Source: a virus (taxonomy: Duplodnaviria > Caudoviricetes). Taken from it: DNA of 52,555 nucleotides. The first letter of the stretch is position 1. Every line of letters starts with the position of its first letter. The position numbers were made by a program, and so were the translations under genes. The notes below the pieces were generated by a model. That model was given only the letters and a program-made list of their open reading frames with translations. It was not told the origin of the DNA and searched no databases. Of the stretch, positions 36,453 to 46,382 are shown piece by piece. The stretch covers positions 1 through 52,555 of the IMG/VR virus record IMGVR_UViG_3300029998_000044, one strand, 5' to 3'.

Positions 36453-36953
36453 ATGGCATGGGTAGAACCTATAAAAGACAGAACGAAAGCTGATGTCGAT
36501 TATATAAAATCAATAGTATCAAGGATAAAAGATATAGGGTATAGTGGACTAACAGTTGGAGAAAAAGCTGATTGGGAATCTGCTACCCTCAAGGGTGCAT
36601 TTAATATGGTAGACTTACAGAGAATTGAAGATGATATAACTTATCTTGCAACTAAACTTTCAAGTTATGGATTTACAGTTCCAATAACTGCTGGAATAAC
36701 TTGGACTAGGAATTCAATTCCATATATGGATGACCTTGATAGAATAAAGAATAATATAATTTCTATTGTAAATGGATTTTATAATGATGCAAATAATCCA
36801 ATATTACCTATTACTGGTGTAAGAACTATGGATTATATCATAGCAAATAACATTGAACAAGTGTTATATAATACAAAATTACTATTGGATAGTATGGTTT
36901 TGAGTATGAAACCTTGTGGAACATTCAATTGTGGAGCAACTATATTTTTATAA
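36453..36953 (+). CDS. Tail tip-associated protein
   Basis: DRT.ADV, KGA.N..DL.RIE, N.IE..L. Confidence 0.7.
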   Translation: MAWVEPIKDRTKADVDYIKSIVSRIKDIGYSGLTVGEKADWESATLKGAFNMVDLQRIEDDITYLATKLSSYGFTVPITAGITWTRNSIPYMDDLDRIKNNIISIVNGFYNDANNPILPITGVRTMDYIIANNIEQVLYNTKLLLDSMVLSMKPCGTFNCGATIFL

Positions 36954-36967
36954 ATGGAGGTAATTAA

Positions 36968-37474
36968 ATGGCTTATACTAAAACGGTTTGGGTTGATAGA
37001 GTAGTACAGTACCCAACAAAATATACTACAACTGGTTCTGTTCCAGGGGATATTGTACTAACTGCAAATACAGGAACTATAACACAGGCTGGTACACCAG
37101 TAAATGCAACTAATTTGAATAAGATTGAACGGGCAATATTTGATATGGATGCCAAAGTGAATTATACAGAAGAATGGACTACACCAGCACTATCAAATAG
37201 TTGGGTGCCATATGATACTATAAATGGCTCATATGCTTATAAGAAAGATAGTGATGGAGTAGTTTGGTGTAGAGGCGCTATTAAAAGTGGTACTCTTGGT
37301 GCTGTTATTTGTACACTTCCTGCTGGATATAGACCAACTAAAGCACAAAACTTTTCTGGATGTTCTGGTGATTATAATGGTGCTAGAATAAAAGTTGGAA
37401 CAGATGGTACAGTAGAAGTTAATGGTGGAAGTAATACACTTATCACAACTTGTTTCTCGTTTCGAACAGACTAA
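36968..37474 (+). CDS. Short tail fibre/receptor-binding protein
   Basis: AY.K..W.DR, GTPVNA.NLN.IE, C-terminal G.V..RG.IK.G....I.TLP.GYRP. Confidence 0.7.
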   Translation: MAYTKTVWVDRVVQYPTKYTTTGSVPGDIVLTANTGTITQAGTPVNATNLNKIERAIFDMDAKVNYTEEWTTPALSNSWVPYDTINGSYAYKKDSDGVVWCRGAIKSGTLGAVICTLPAGYRPTKAQNFSGCSGDYNGARIKVGTDGTVEVNGGSNTLITTCFSFRTD

Positions 37475-37490
37475 TGGAGGATTGTAAATA

Positions 37491-38369
37491 ATGATTAATG
37501 AAATTTTGTATATAGACCCATCCCATCAGCATGAAAATCAAGGTGTTGCTGGATATGGAACAGAAGCAGATAATGCGTTCGTAATTGCTAAAAGAGTTTA
37601 TGAAATACTCCAAGGTTCTGGTTTGTATAAAGCAGTTCATCTTGGTGGATTTGGATTAACACTTGCTCAAGCCATTGCAGAAGCTAATAGTTTGGGTGCT
37701 ACACTAATTCTGGATATTCATTCAGATGCTGGTGGTAGTAGAGGATGTACTGGATTATACAAATCTGCAAAAGGAAAAGAGTTTATACAATGTGTTTATA
37801 ATAAAGTGTCGGCTCTTACACCATCTTCTGATAGAGGTGTATCACAGAGAACTGATTTAGGTATTCTTAACCAGACCAAAGGTGTTGCTGGATTGATAGA
37901 GATGTTTTTCCATGATTCACCAGAAGATGTTGCGTTTTTCGAATCACACAAAGAAGATTTCGCAGTTGCAATAGCACAGGGTATATGTGATTATTTCAAA
38001 GTAGCATTACCTTCTGGTGGAGTAACTCCAGTACCAGCACCGATAGTTAAGCCAGTTTCTGGTGGGAATGAGTTTGTAAAAGCATTGCAGAATGAATGTA
38101 ATGCACAGGGTTTTAAAGATGTAAACAGAAGTCCATTAGGTGTTGATGGAATTGCTGGTAATCACACACTTGAAGCACTTGGAAAAGTTATACTAAAAGA
38201 AGGAAGTGCTGGAAACTTTGTTAAAATATTACAAGGTAAGATTGGTGTAACAGCCGATGGTAAGTTTGGAGTAATAACAAAAACAAAAGTAATTGAATTT
38301 CAGAAGTCAGCAAGACTATCTCCAGATGGTATCGTTGGGTATAACACTTGGTATGCACTTACCAGATAG
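37491..38369 (+). CDS. Endolysin: Amidase_3 with PG-binding_1 domains
   Basis: DPSH, GTE, DIHSDA, LIEMFFHD; DGI.G..T repeats. Confidence 0.9.
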   Translation: MINEILYIDPSHQHENQGVAGYGTEADNAFVIAKRVYEILQGSGLYKAVHLGGFGLTLAQAIAEANSLGATLILDIHSDAGGSRGCTGLYKSAKGKEFIQCVYNKVSALTPSSDRGVSQRTDLGILNQTKGVAGLIEMFFHDSPEDVAFFESHKEDFAVAIAQGICDYFKVALPSGGVTPVPAPIVKPVSGGNEFVKALQNECNAQGFKDVNRSPLGVDGIAGNHTLEALGKVILKEGSAGNFVKILQGKIGVTADGKFGVITKTKVIEFQKSARLSPDGIVGYNTWYALTR

Positions 38370-38380
38370 GAGATGGTATT

Positions 38381-39019
38381 ATGAAACTTGCTATAATGGG
38401 TAATAGTATTATATCGGTAGATGCTATGGTAAAATATTTACTATCCAAAAATAGTAATCCGAAAATTGACATTTCAGTAAAGGAATTCTGTCAATTGTAT
38501 ATAGATTTAGGTTTATTAGAAGGGGTAAGGGGAGATATTGCCTTTGCCCAATCTTGTGAAGAAACTGGACATTTCAAATTTGGTGGAATGGTAACTCCAG
38601 ATATGCACAATTATGGTGGACTTGGTGCTACAGATGGTTCTCCTAAAGGTACTGGTGGAAGGTTTCCAGATGCTAGGACTGGTATTCTCGCTCAAATACA
38701 GCATCTCAAAGCATATGCTAGTACAGAAGACTTGAACAAATATGATATAATGGTTGACCAAAGATTCAATCTTGTAACTAGAGGTATAGCACCATATGTG
38801 GAAGACCTTGTTGGAAGATGGGCAACTAATCCATCATATGCTAAAAATATATATGATATTTATAATGAACTAGCTAAGACAAAAGTTGAACCAGTAATAG
38901 AACCAGTTAAACCAATAATTAAACCAATAGAACCAATTAAACCAGTAGTAATAACAACACCATATAAAAAGATAGTCAGTAATGTTAGGAAGTATTTCAA
39001 AAATATATTCATAGGTTAG
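38381..39019 (+). CDS. Glucosaminidase (GH73-like) peptidoglycan hydrolase
   Basis: AFAQSC.ETG...FGG.V....HNY.GLGA, AQIQHL.AYA, WAT.P.Y. Confidence 0.85.
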   Translation: MKLAIMGNSIISVDAMVKYLLSKNSNPKIDISVKEFCQLYIDLGLLEGVRGDIAFAQSCEETGHFKFGGMVTPDMHNYGGLGATDGSPKGTGGRFPDARTGILAQIQHLKAYASTEDLNKYDIMVDQRFNLVTRGIAPYVEDLVGRWATNPSYAKNIYDIYNELAKTKVEPVIEPVKPIIKPIEPIKPVVITTPYKKIVSNVRKYFKNIFIG

Positions 39020-39031
39020 GAGGTTGGTAGA

Positions 39032-39172
39032 ATGGAAGTTGGAAATATTGTGGAACACATCTTATCTAAGGATTGGCTTTTGATTATTGAAGTTAATGAT
39101 TCAAAAATAATGTGTAGAAAGAAAGATTTACAGTTAATTGAGTTGTTCAAATTCGAAGTCAAACTAAGATAG
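39032..39172 (+). CDS. 46-aa hypothetical protein (not in ORF track)
   Basis: RBS AGGAGG; MEVGNIVEHILSKDWLLIIE... Confidence 0.55.
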   Translation: MEVGNIVEHILSKDWLLIIEVNDSKIMCRKKDLQLIELFKFEVKLR

Positions 39173-39182
39173 GAGAATTAAA

Positions 39183-39509
39183 ATGCAAGAATGGTTTCAG
39201 AAATATTGGGTAGAAGTTGCCCTTGGATTAACTACTACTGTCACAGCATATGTTATGAGAAGGATAAACAAAAAAGTAAATGAACAAGAAGCATTAAAAC
39301 TTGGTGTTCAAGCATTACTAAGAGATAGGATAATTCAGTCCTATAATCATCATTCAGAAAAAGGTTATTGTCAGATTTATGCAAGAGAGAACCTTGATGA
39401 ACTGGCAAAACAATATTATAATTTAGGTGGCAATGGGGTTGTTCATAAACTAATGGACTTGACATTTTCATTACCCACAGCACCACAAGATATAGATACT
39501 AAATCTTAG
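39183..39509 (+). CDS. Holin-like lysis-associated membrane protein
   Basis: N-terminal TM; GVQALLRDRI..Y..Y..LGGNG......LP. Confidence 0.7.
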   Translation: MQEWFQKYWVEVALGLTTTVTAYVMRRINKKVNEQEALKLGVQALLRDRIIQSYNHHSEKGYCQIYARENLDELAKQYYNLGGNGVVHKLMDLTFSLPTAPQDIDTKS

Positions 39510-39518
39510 GAGGGTATT

Positions 39519-40319
39519 ATGGAAAAACATATATTTAATTATGTAAGAGATACAATAGATTTAAGAGATTATAAATTTTCAAAAGCAGTTGGACAAAAAG
39601 TAGAAGTACCTTCCAGTATAGACTTATCTCCTAAGATGCCTAAGATTTTTAATCAGTTGACATTAGGTAGTTGTTCATCGAACTCTACTGCAAGAGGATT
39701 AATGTTTGCTAGGAACGATACTGAAAGTGTACTTTCAAGACTGTTTCAGTACTACAAGACAAGAGAACTTGAAGGAACTATTCCAGAAGATAGTGGAGCG
39801 AGTAACAGAAATGCTATAAAGTCAACTAATAAGTTTGGAATATGTAAAGAAGAATTAATGCCATATGAAATATCTAAGTTTACAGAAGCACCTACAGAAG
39901 AAGCAGTATTAGAAGCTATGAACCACAAGTCCCATTCTTACTACTCATGTGATTCATTGGATGATGTATTCCAAGCACTAGCACAGGGTTATCCTGTTGT
40001 TATTGGAATGGAAGTATTTGAATCATTTGAAACCAAAACTGTAGCAAGAACTGGAAAAATGGTAATGCCTAGTATGACTGAAACTATATTGGGTGGTCAT
40101 AGTGTATTGATAGAAGGTAAATTTGACAACATGAAAGTTAGCAAGTTGACATTCTTCAGAAAAATAGCAAACTTCCTGTTTGGAACTAAGATGCACGTCA
40201 ACAAAGGGTATTTAAAAGTAGCCAATAGTTGGGGTGAAGAATGGGGAGATAAGGGATATTTTTATATGCCATACGAATATTTTGAAAAATATGTGTTCGA
40301 TTGTTGGTGTATAGTATAA
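39519..40319 (+). CDS. Papain-like C1 cysteine protease
   Basis: Q..LGSC, GGHSV, NSWG..WGDKGY catalytic motifs. Confidence 0.9.
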   Translation: MEKHIFNYVRDTIDLRDYKFSKAVGQKVEVPSSIDLSPKMPKIFNQLTLGSCSSNSTARGLMFARNDTESVLSRLFQYYKTRELEGTIPEDSGASNRNAIKSTNKFGICKEELMPYEISKFTEAPTEEAVLEAMNHKSHSYYSCDSLDDVFQALAQGYPVVIGMEVFESFETKTVARTGKMVMPSMTETILGGHSVLIEGKFDNMKVSKLTFFRKIANFLFGTKMHVNKGYLKVANSWGEEWGDKGYFYMPYEYFEKYVFDCWCIV

Positions 40320-40335
40320 AACAGGAGGATTAAGG

Positions 40336-40746
40336 ATGCCAGTAATGGATGATGTAAAAGAATTGGTAGATAGTGTAAAATCTATTGGGGAGAATGGTGC
40401 AACGATTGCCCAGAATGTAACCCAGAATATGAACACTACTTCCCAAATAACAGGAGACGCCACCTTGGAAGAAGGGTGTACTTATATAGCAACACCTTAT
40501 ATGTCGCATACCGTTAAATTGGTATGGACTATAACTATATTTTCGATGTTATTGTTTATAGTAACCATTGCATCGGATGTAATATTTCATGTAAATGTAA
40601 GTTATGTATTGACATATGACATAGGTGTATGGGTTCCAATGTTGATAACATATTGTACCAAGTCTTATCTTGAGAAGAAACATAATATCATCGGAGCAGA
40701 AACACTTGTAAATCCAATCGTTAGTCCTGTTGAGGAGGTTAAATAA
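40336..40746 (+). CDS. Two-TM membrane protein
   Basis: Hydrophobic segments, Y..KS..E motif. Confidence 0.65.
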   Translation: MPVMDDVKELVDSVKSIGENGATIAQNVTQNMNTTSQITGDATLEEGCTYIATPYMSHTVKLVWTITIFSMLLFIVTIASDVIFHVNVSYVLTYDIGVWVPMLITYCTKSYLEKKHNIIGAETLVNPIVSPVEEVK

Positions 40747-41210
40747 TGAATTTGAACAGTTTTATAATATTTATTCAGACTAATCCAATATTTATGATTT
40801 TATTTGGTGGTGTGGTAGTAGTCGGTGGACTTGCCATAGTACTGAAATTGTTTGGTTTGAAGTATATAAATATAACCAAAAGTATAGTTTTATTTGCCAA
40901 GAATAACTTGGAACAGTTAGGTATGAGTAACGAAAAGATAAAACTCATATTGGATATAATGTTGCAGGCAATTACAACTGCTATCGTAATAGATTCCAAC
41001 CAGACAACTGATGAAAAAGTTGAAAATGCAATGACCTTTGTGTCCAATATATGTGGTGAACTTGGTCTGACATTTACTGATTTTGAAAAGACAATCATAA
41101 GAGATGTGTTTATATTGGTATTTATATTCATTAACACATTGAAGATTTCTCCGACAAAGGTGAGTTACAACAAACTCGCAAAAGCAAATTTAAAATTGAA
41201 TCAGAAATAA
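40746..41210 (+). CDS. Membrane protein, possible holin
   Basis: N-terminal TM; last gene before the terminator. Confidence 0.55.
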   Translation: MNLNSFIIFIQTNPIFMILFGGVVVVGGLAIVLKLFGLKYINITKSIVLFAKNNLEQLGMSNEKIKLILDIMLQAITTAIVIDSNQTTDEKVENAMTFVSNICGELGLTFTDFEKTIIRDVFILVFIFINTLKISPTKVSYNKLAKANLKLNQK

Positions 41211-41215
41211 AACTT

Positions 41216-41241
41216 AGCGACCAGAAATGGTTGCTTTTTTT
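41216..41241 (+). terminator. Rho-independent terminator ending the late operon
   Basis: AGCGACC-AGAAAT-GGTTGCT-TTTTTT (same loop as 15255). Confidence 0.8.
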
Positions 41242-41409
41242 CGCTTACTTTCAAAAACTGAAGCCTTGCTTTCAAAAAGGCAGAGGGGTCACTTTCAAAA
41301 AACGCAAACCTCTTGCTTTCAAAATGTAAGACCTTCCAACATTCCTAGAAAAATTAACAGAATGTTAATATGTAAATATATGTATAATCAGAATAGTCTG
41401 AATATTCCT

Positions 41410-41665
41410 AATTACACAGAATATTCTGTCTGTAATTGCGTAATCTCCATCTGTAACCCAGCAAACCGTTGATATGACTAAGTTCTTTCTTCATAAATTA
41501 CAGATTACACCTTTTTTCTAAATAAAAAGTAATATTAGTAATAGTATAAAGTATATATAAGGAGTATAGGAAATCAGCGTAATTTTGTAATTTACATGAC
41601 TTAGACCAGTAATAGCCTTATTCTTTGAGTAATTAAATCTGTAATGTTCTGTAACCTAAAGTAAT
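41410..41665. other. Putative replication origin 2
   Basis: TTACA/TGTAA iterons; blocks homologous to 14338-14660. Confidence 0.6.
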
Positions 41666-41667
41666 TG

Positions 41668-41696
41668 TTGACATTGTTTGGAATGTATGATATAAT
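41668..41696 (+). promoter_or_regulatory. SigmaA promoter
   Basis: TTGACA-17bp-TATAAT. Confidence 0.85.
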
Positions 41697-41734
41697 GTCT
41701 GTAGAGAGAAAAATTATAAAAGGAGGAAGTTATT

Positions 41735-42199
41735 ATGAAGTTGACAAAAGAACAGGCTGAATTAGTTACCAAACATCATTCTCTTATATACTGGTATATC
41801 AATATGTATCATTTGGAAGTTAGTGAGTGGTATGACCTATTGGCAATAGAGTTGTGCTATACTGCTATGAACTATGATGCTGAGAAGGGTGCGTTTTCAT
41901 CTTATTTTAAAAAGAGAGCCAATTGGAAACGAGCCAAAGAATATAGAAAGTCCCAGACTCAGAAAAGAAGTTTTCAAGGAGTTACCTATATAGAAGGGTT
42001 TCACAATACCAACTATCAATCAGATGTACACGATATATTGGAACTGCAAGATTGGATTGAGGATGACGCAACGGACGTACTACTATATAAGAGTAGAGGG
42101 TTCAACCAAAGTGAGATAGGAGATATACTTGGAGTGAGCCAGACTCATGTATCCAAAACACTTAAAAAATTAAAGGAGGAATATACTATTGACAGATAA
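41735..42199 (+). CDS. Phage sigma70-like factor
   Basis: Region 2 (LV..H..LI...YD...G.FS.Y) and region 4 HTH (GFNQSEIG..LGVSQ..VS). Confidence 0.8.
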   Translation: MKLTKEQAELVTKHHSLIYWYINMYHLEVSEWYDLLAIELCYTAMNYDAEKGAFSSYFKKRANWKRAKEYRKSQTQKRSFQGVTYIEGFHNTNYQSDVHDILELQDWIEDDATDVLLYKSRGFNQSEIGDILGVSQTHVSKTLKKLKEEYTIDR

Positions 42200-42692
42200 G
42201 AAGATGTCTGATATAATGAGTAATATAGTAGTGGTAGTAGATTCCAGAGAGAAACAGAATGACCATATCCTTTCATATCTCAAGGATAATGATATTCCCT
42301 ATATCGTAGAAAAACTTCATTCTGCGGACTACTCATTTATATTGCCCGACTATCCAGAACTTAACATGGACAGAAAGATACTTGTGGAAAAGAAGAACTC
42401 ATTGGATGAAATATCACAGAACTTCACAAGTGGTCGAGAACGGTTCGCCAGAGAATTTGAAAGACTTACCGATGAAAAGATACACTTGGTAGTCGAGGAT
42501 GCCACATGGAAGAAGTTGACAAAAGGTTCGTATAGAAGCAAACTACCTCCAAAATCATTCACTGCTTCTATGCTTACTTGGAGTATAAGGTATCGGTGTC
42601 CAGTATGGTTTGTTGGAAGGGATGAAAGTCCAGAGTTGATACACAAGTTGTTACACTATGAATTATTAGAATTTTTGAAAGGGATGAAATAA
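42189..42692 (+). CDS. ERCC4/XPF-family nuclease (resolvase-like)
   Basis: VDSREK, L..ADY, VEKKNSLDE, RF.REF. Confidence 0.88.
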   Translation: MTDKKMSDIMSNIVVVVDSREKQNDHILSYLKDNDIPYIVEKLHSADYSFILPDYPELNMDRKILVEKKNSLDEISQNFTSGRERFAREFERLTDEKIHLVVEDATWKKLTKGSYRSKLPPKSFTASMLTWSIRYRCPVWFVGRDESPELIHKLLHYELLEFLKGMK

Positions 42693-42693
42693 A

Positions 42694-42891
42694 ATGAGTT
42701 TATGGCAATCAATTCTTCATAAAAAAGACCACAGAAAATTATATATTGGATGTAGGTGTGACCATTGTATTGCTGGTAAACTTCATAGACAAAATAAAAA
42801 AAGAGTATTGACAAGGATAGATAAGGATGATATACTTAGTGTAACAAGTCGATACGATTTAAAAGAACCAACTAAACTTGGAATATTTTAA
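42694..42891 (+). CDS. Small hypothetical protein
   Basis: GCRCDHC motif; coupled to the upstream gene. Confidence 0.45.
   Translation: MSLWQSILHKKDHRKLYIGCRCDHCIAGKLHRQNKKRVLTRIDKDDILSVTSRYDLKEPTKLGIF
42808..42836 (+). promoter_or_regulatory. SigmaA promoter
   Basis: TTGACA-17bp-TATACT. Confidence 0.65.
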
Positions 42892-42899
42892 AATAGTTA

Positions 42900-42928
42900 T
42901 TGACAGATTAAACTATATGTGTTATAAT
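42900..42928 (+). promoter_or_regulatory. SigmaA promoter
   Basis: TTGACA-17bp-TATAAT. Confidence 0.85.
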
Positions 42929-42961
42929 AAGATATAAAGAAAGTTTGAAGGAGGAATACTT

Positions 42962-43591
42962 ATGGAAGAAATTAATGCATTAGAAACCGTAGCAAATTCA
43001 GTAGCAGTAAGACCAGATGCAACATCCACAGTAATGACTACCGAGAAGTTGATGGATATGAGCATGATGTTGGCCAAGTCCACAATAGTTCCTGTGATGT
43101 ACCAGAATAGACCAGAGAACTGCTTCGTAGCACTTGATATGGCTTCAAGGATGGGTTTGTCACCAATGGTGGTTATGCAGAACCTATTCGTTATTCAAGG
43201 TAAACCATCATGGTCTGGACAGGCAATAGCTTCAATGATTAGAGCCAATCCAAACTATCGTGATGTAGAACTTCATTTTGTAGGACAGGAAGGTACTGAT
43301 CAGAGAGGTGCATTTGTAACTGCTCATAGAATATCAACTGGTAAGACCATTGTAGGCTCAACTGTCACAATCGGCATAGCTAAGAAAGAAGGATGGTATC
43401 AGAAAGCAGGAAGTAAATGGCAGTCAATTCCAGAGGTAATGTTATCATACAGAGCATATGCTTGGTTCGGTAGGGTTCACTGTCCAGAGTTAATGATGGG
43501 TATGCAGACAATCGAAGAAGTACAAGATGTAATAATTGAAGATGCCAAAGCCAAAGTACTCAATCCATATGAAGGTGGTGTATCCAAATAA
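42962..43591 (+). CDS. RecT/Red-beta-like ssDNA-annealing protein
   Basis: LA.S.IVP..YQ..P.NC, VMQNL.VI.GKP.W, SKW...PE.ML.YRA..F.R..CPE. Confidence 0.8.
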   Translation: MEEINALETVANSVAVRPDATSTVMTTEKLMDMSMMLAKSTIVPVMYQNRPENCFVALDMASRMGLSPMVVMQNLFVIQGKPSWSGQAIASMIRANPNYRDVELHFVGQEGTDQRGAFVTAHRISTGKTIVGSTVTIGIAKKEGWYQKAGSKWQSIPEVMLSYRAYAWFGRVHCPELMMGMQTIEEVQDVIIEDAKAKVLNPYEGGVSK

Positions 43592-43763
43592 TGGCAACTT
43601 TTATATTAGCATTATATATGTTATTCGTATTCATGACAGTTGCAGTAATGATATTAAAGGATGAAAAAACATCAACAGGATTAAAAGTATCATCCTTAAT
43701 ATTTGTAGTATTTCCAGTACTCTATCTGATATTGACTATAATATTCAGTAGAGTAGTATTTAT

Positions 43764-44522
43764 ATGAATTTAACAAATGCCAACTACTTTGAGGATACAC
43801 ACTATATGTCTGTGTCCTCATATAAACTCTTTAAGCATTGTGAGAACAAAGGTCTTAAAGGCTTTGGTACTCCATCTAAAGATATGTTGGTTGGTTCATA
43901 CGTTGATGCATATGTTGAAGGTACACTTTCAGAATTCTGTGCAGAGCATCCAGAAATCATATCCTCTCAAGGTAAGACAAAAGGTGAATTGAAAGCTGAG
44001 TTCAAAAAGGCAGTAGAGGTTTGCGACTTCATAGACCATGACAAAGTATTACAACAGTTCCTATCTGGAGAGAAGCAAGTCATAATGACTGGTGAGATTA
44101 CGGATGTTCCATTTAAAATCAAAATGGATAGTTATTCTCCAAAGATTGCTATTAATGACTTAAAGGTAATGTATACCATCACAGATAGTAGAGGAAATTA
44201 TATAGACTTTATATCTAAATGGGGTTACGATTTACAGCTTGCGTGTTATCAAGAGATAGTTTTCCAGAACACAGGAGATAGACTTCCAGTATATATTTGT
44301 GCAGTTACAAAAGAAAATCCAATCAATAGTGCAGTAATAAACATACCACAGGTAGTATTAGATAGGGCATTATACTCCGTACAAGCCGATTTAAGCCATT
44401 ATTATGATGTTAGGCGAGGTATAGTACTACCTAAAGGATGTGGTTTATGTGCAGAATGTATAAGCAAACGAGAGAAGACTCCAATAATAAGCATGATTGA
44501 TATTATGGAAGGAGGATATTAA
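43764..44522 (+). CDS. PD-(D/E)XK exonuclease (DUF3799-like)
   Basis: YMSVS..K.F..CE, FKIK.D, DLK, GYD.QLA.YQ. Confidence 0.85.
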   Translation: MNLTNANYFEDTHYMSVSSYKLFKHCENKGLKGFGTPSKDMLVGSYVDAYVEGTLSEFCAEHPEIISSQGKTKGELKAEFKKAVEVCDFIDHDKVLQQFLSGEKQVIMTGEITDVPFKIKMDSYSPKIAINDLKVMYTITDSRGNYIDFISKWGYDLQLACYQEIVFQNTGDRLPVYICAVTKENPINSAVINIPQVVLDRALYSVQADLSHYYDVRRGIVLPKGCGLCAECISKREKTPIISMIDIMEGGY

Positions 44523-44717
44523 ATGGATGAATTATTTTTAGTTGGAAGATTTGATATGGATGGTAGATTTTTAAGTTATGTGGCAACTGGCAGAGGTGGT
44601 GGGGTGGCTTGTTTTACAGAATTATCCAGTGCTAAACGATGTATGGCACAGATGAAATGTAGAAGTTATACCTATGCTATATTGAGTACAAGTGATGCCA
44701 CAATTTGGGAGGGTTAA
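44523..44717 (+). CDS. Hypothetical protein
   Basis: RBS AAGGAGG. Confidence 0.55.
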   Translation: MDELFLVGRFDMDGRFLSYVATGRGGGVACFTELSSAKRCMAQMKCRSYTYAILSTSDATIWEG

Positions 44718-44850
44718 AATGAGTGATAAAGTAGAAGTAAATTGGGAAAAAATGGTTGACATTTCATGTGGTCTTTCATGCAAAGAATGTGAAGACAGAT
44801 GTGAGGAAGACAAGTCGATATTTGGCTTTGATGAAAAATTAAAATAATGT

Positions 44851-44879
44851 TTGACATCCACACTTCGGTGTGGTATACT
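44851..44879 (+). promoter_or_regulatory. SigmaA promoter with palindromic spacer
   Basis: TTGACA-17bp-TATACT; spacer contains CCACAC-TTCG-GTGTGG. Confidence 0.8.
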
Positions 44880-44910
44880 TGATTCATAAGGTTGAAGAAG
44901 GAGGTATTGG

Positions 44911-45462
44911 ATGATAGATTATAAACAGGAATTTAAAAAGATAGTTAGAAACAATATCAAAAGAGAAGGTATTAATGAGTTGATGACATCACTTGAAAAG
45001 TCTGACTTTTATACTGCCCCAGCATCTACAAGATACCATGATTCAGAAGAAGGTGGATTGGTAAAACATTCGGTAGAAGTGTTTGATTGGTTGATGAAAG
45101 ATTATGGAGATAAGTATGACCATGAAACAATAGCATTGGTTAGTCTGTTCCATGACATATGTAAAATTGGTTATTATAAGGTTGAAATGCGTAATGCCAA
45201 AGATGATAAGGGTAAATGGGTACAAGTTCCATATTATACAGTTGACGATAAATTACCAATTAATCATGCTTGTAAAAGTGTAATAATGTTACAACAAGTT
45301 ATAAAATTAAACAATGATGAAATATTAGCAATTGCATCCCATATGGGATTATCTGAACCGAAGGAAAATTATAGTACTATATCTAAAGCATTTACAGAAT
45401 GTCATTTAGCATTGCACTTGCATCTATCGGATATGAAATCCACATATATAGGTGGTGTTTAA
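44911..45462 (+). CDS. HD-domain phosphohydrolase
   Basis: FYTAPASTRYH...GGL..HS, LFHDICK, HMG, LH.SD. Confidence 0.88.
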   Translation: MIDYKQEFKKIVRNNIKREGINELMTSLEKSDFYTAPASTRYHDSEEGGLVKHSVEVFDWLMKDYGDKYDHETIALVSLFHDICKIGYYKVEMRNAKDDKGKWVQVPYYTVDDKLPINHACKSVIMLQQVIKLNNDEILAIASHMGLSEPKENYSTISKAFTECHLALHLHLSDMKSTYIGGV

Positions 45463-45514
45463 AGTTAAAAAACGAAGAAGTAATATAAATATAAAACTTT
45501 AAGGAGGAATAATA

Positions 45515-45745
45515 ATGAATATTGAAAAGAAGATTGCAAAACTCGATAAGGTTAATATGAAGGTACTGGATGTTTTCGACAAATCACTTGACCTCATGGA
45601 AGCCAATAACAGGGTTATGCTGGCACATCAAGGAGTATTAGAAGCAGAGATAGAAGCAAGTAAAAGACTTGTATCTGAAATTGAAGTTAAGGTTTCAAGA
45701 ACTGAACTAGTTATACAAAATTTCAAAACTCTTTTAGGAAGATAG
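45515..45745 (+). CDS. Coiled-coil hypothetical protein
   Basis: RBS AAGGAGG. Confidence 0.6.
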   Translation: MNIEKKIAKLDKVNMKVLDVFDKSLDLMEANNRVMLAHQGVLEAEIEASKRLVSEIEVKVSRTELVIQNFKTLLGR

Positions 45746-45774
45746 TTGACAGACAGTAATCAGTATGGTATAAT
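45746..45774 (+). promoter_or_regulatory. SigmaA promoter
   Basis: TTGACA-17bp-TATAAT. Confidence 0.8.
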
Positions 45775-45836
45775 GTATATATGAGGTTGAGGTTGAGGGA
45801 AGTACATTCTCTCTCCTACAATAAATATGATGGAGG

Positions 45837-46301
45837 ATGATGGTTATGGGATTTAAAGTTGGAGATAAGGTAAGGGTTAAGTCAAATCTTATAGTGGGTA
45901 AATCATACGCAGGAATCGGTGGGATCGAAGATACGTTTGTAGCACCAATGGATGATGTTAGTGGAAAAGTGGTAACTATTACCGATAAAAGAAGTGGATT
46001 GTATTTTATAGACGAGAGTAGAGGTTGGGCTTTCACAGATGAAATGTTTGAGCCAGTTCAAGAAGTTGTTCCAGAACCAATCCCAACACCTATTTCAAAA
46101 GCTGAAAAGACTAAGATTGAGTTCATAGCCACATCAATTACACACTTTATTGTTATAGGTGATGTTACAATCTGTATTCCACTTGATTGTCCAGTAGGAG
46201 TTGCAGTAAAACATCCAAATGATGAACCAGATGCAGAATTTGGTATGGCTCTTGCTCAGTTCAGAATGTTCAATGATGCAGAAGCAAATGATTTACTTTA
46301 A
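45837..46301 (+). CDS. Hypothetical protein with FKVGDKVRV module
   Basis: FKVGDKVRVK...W.FTDEM.E; G.A..HP.D..D...G..LA..R. Confidence 0.65.
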   Translation: MMVMGFKVGDKVRVKSNLIVGKSYAGIGGIEDTFVAPMDDVSGKVVTITDKRSGLYFIDESRGWAFTDEMFEPVQEVVPEPIPTPISKAEKTKIEFIATSITHFIVIGDVTICIPLDCPVGVAVKHPNDEPDAEFGMALAQFRMFNDAEANDLL

Positions 46302-46310
46302 AAATAATAG

Positions 46311-46339
46311 TTGACAAGTAGTTGTATATGTGTTATAAT
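46311..46339 (+). promoter_or_regulatory. SigmaA promoter
   Basis: TTGACA-17bp-TATAAT. Confidence 0.85.
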
Positions 46340-46382
46340 AAGTGTATAGCAAATAAATAAAAATTAAAGGAGAAATGATAAT

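Noticed and set aside
41227-41472. 81-aa ORF after the lysis cassette
   Set aside because: Starts inside a terminator and runs through CTTTCAAA repeats; probably non-coding
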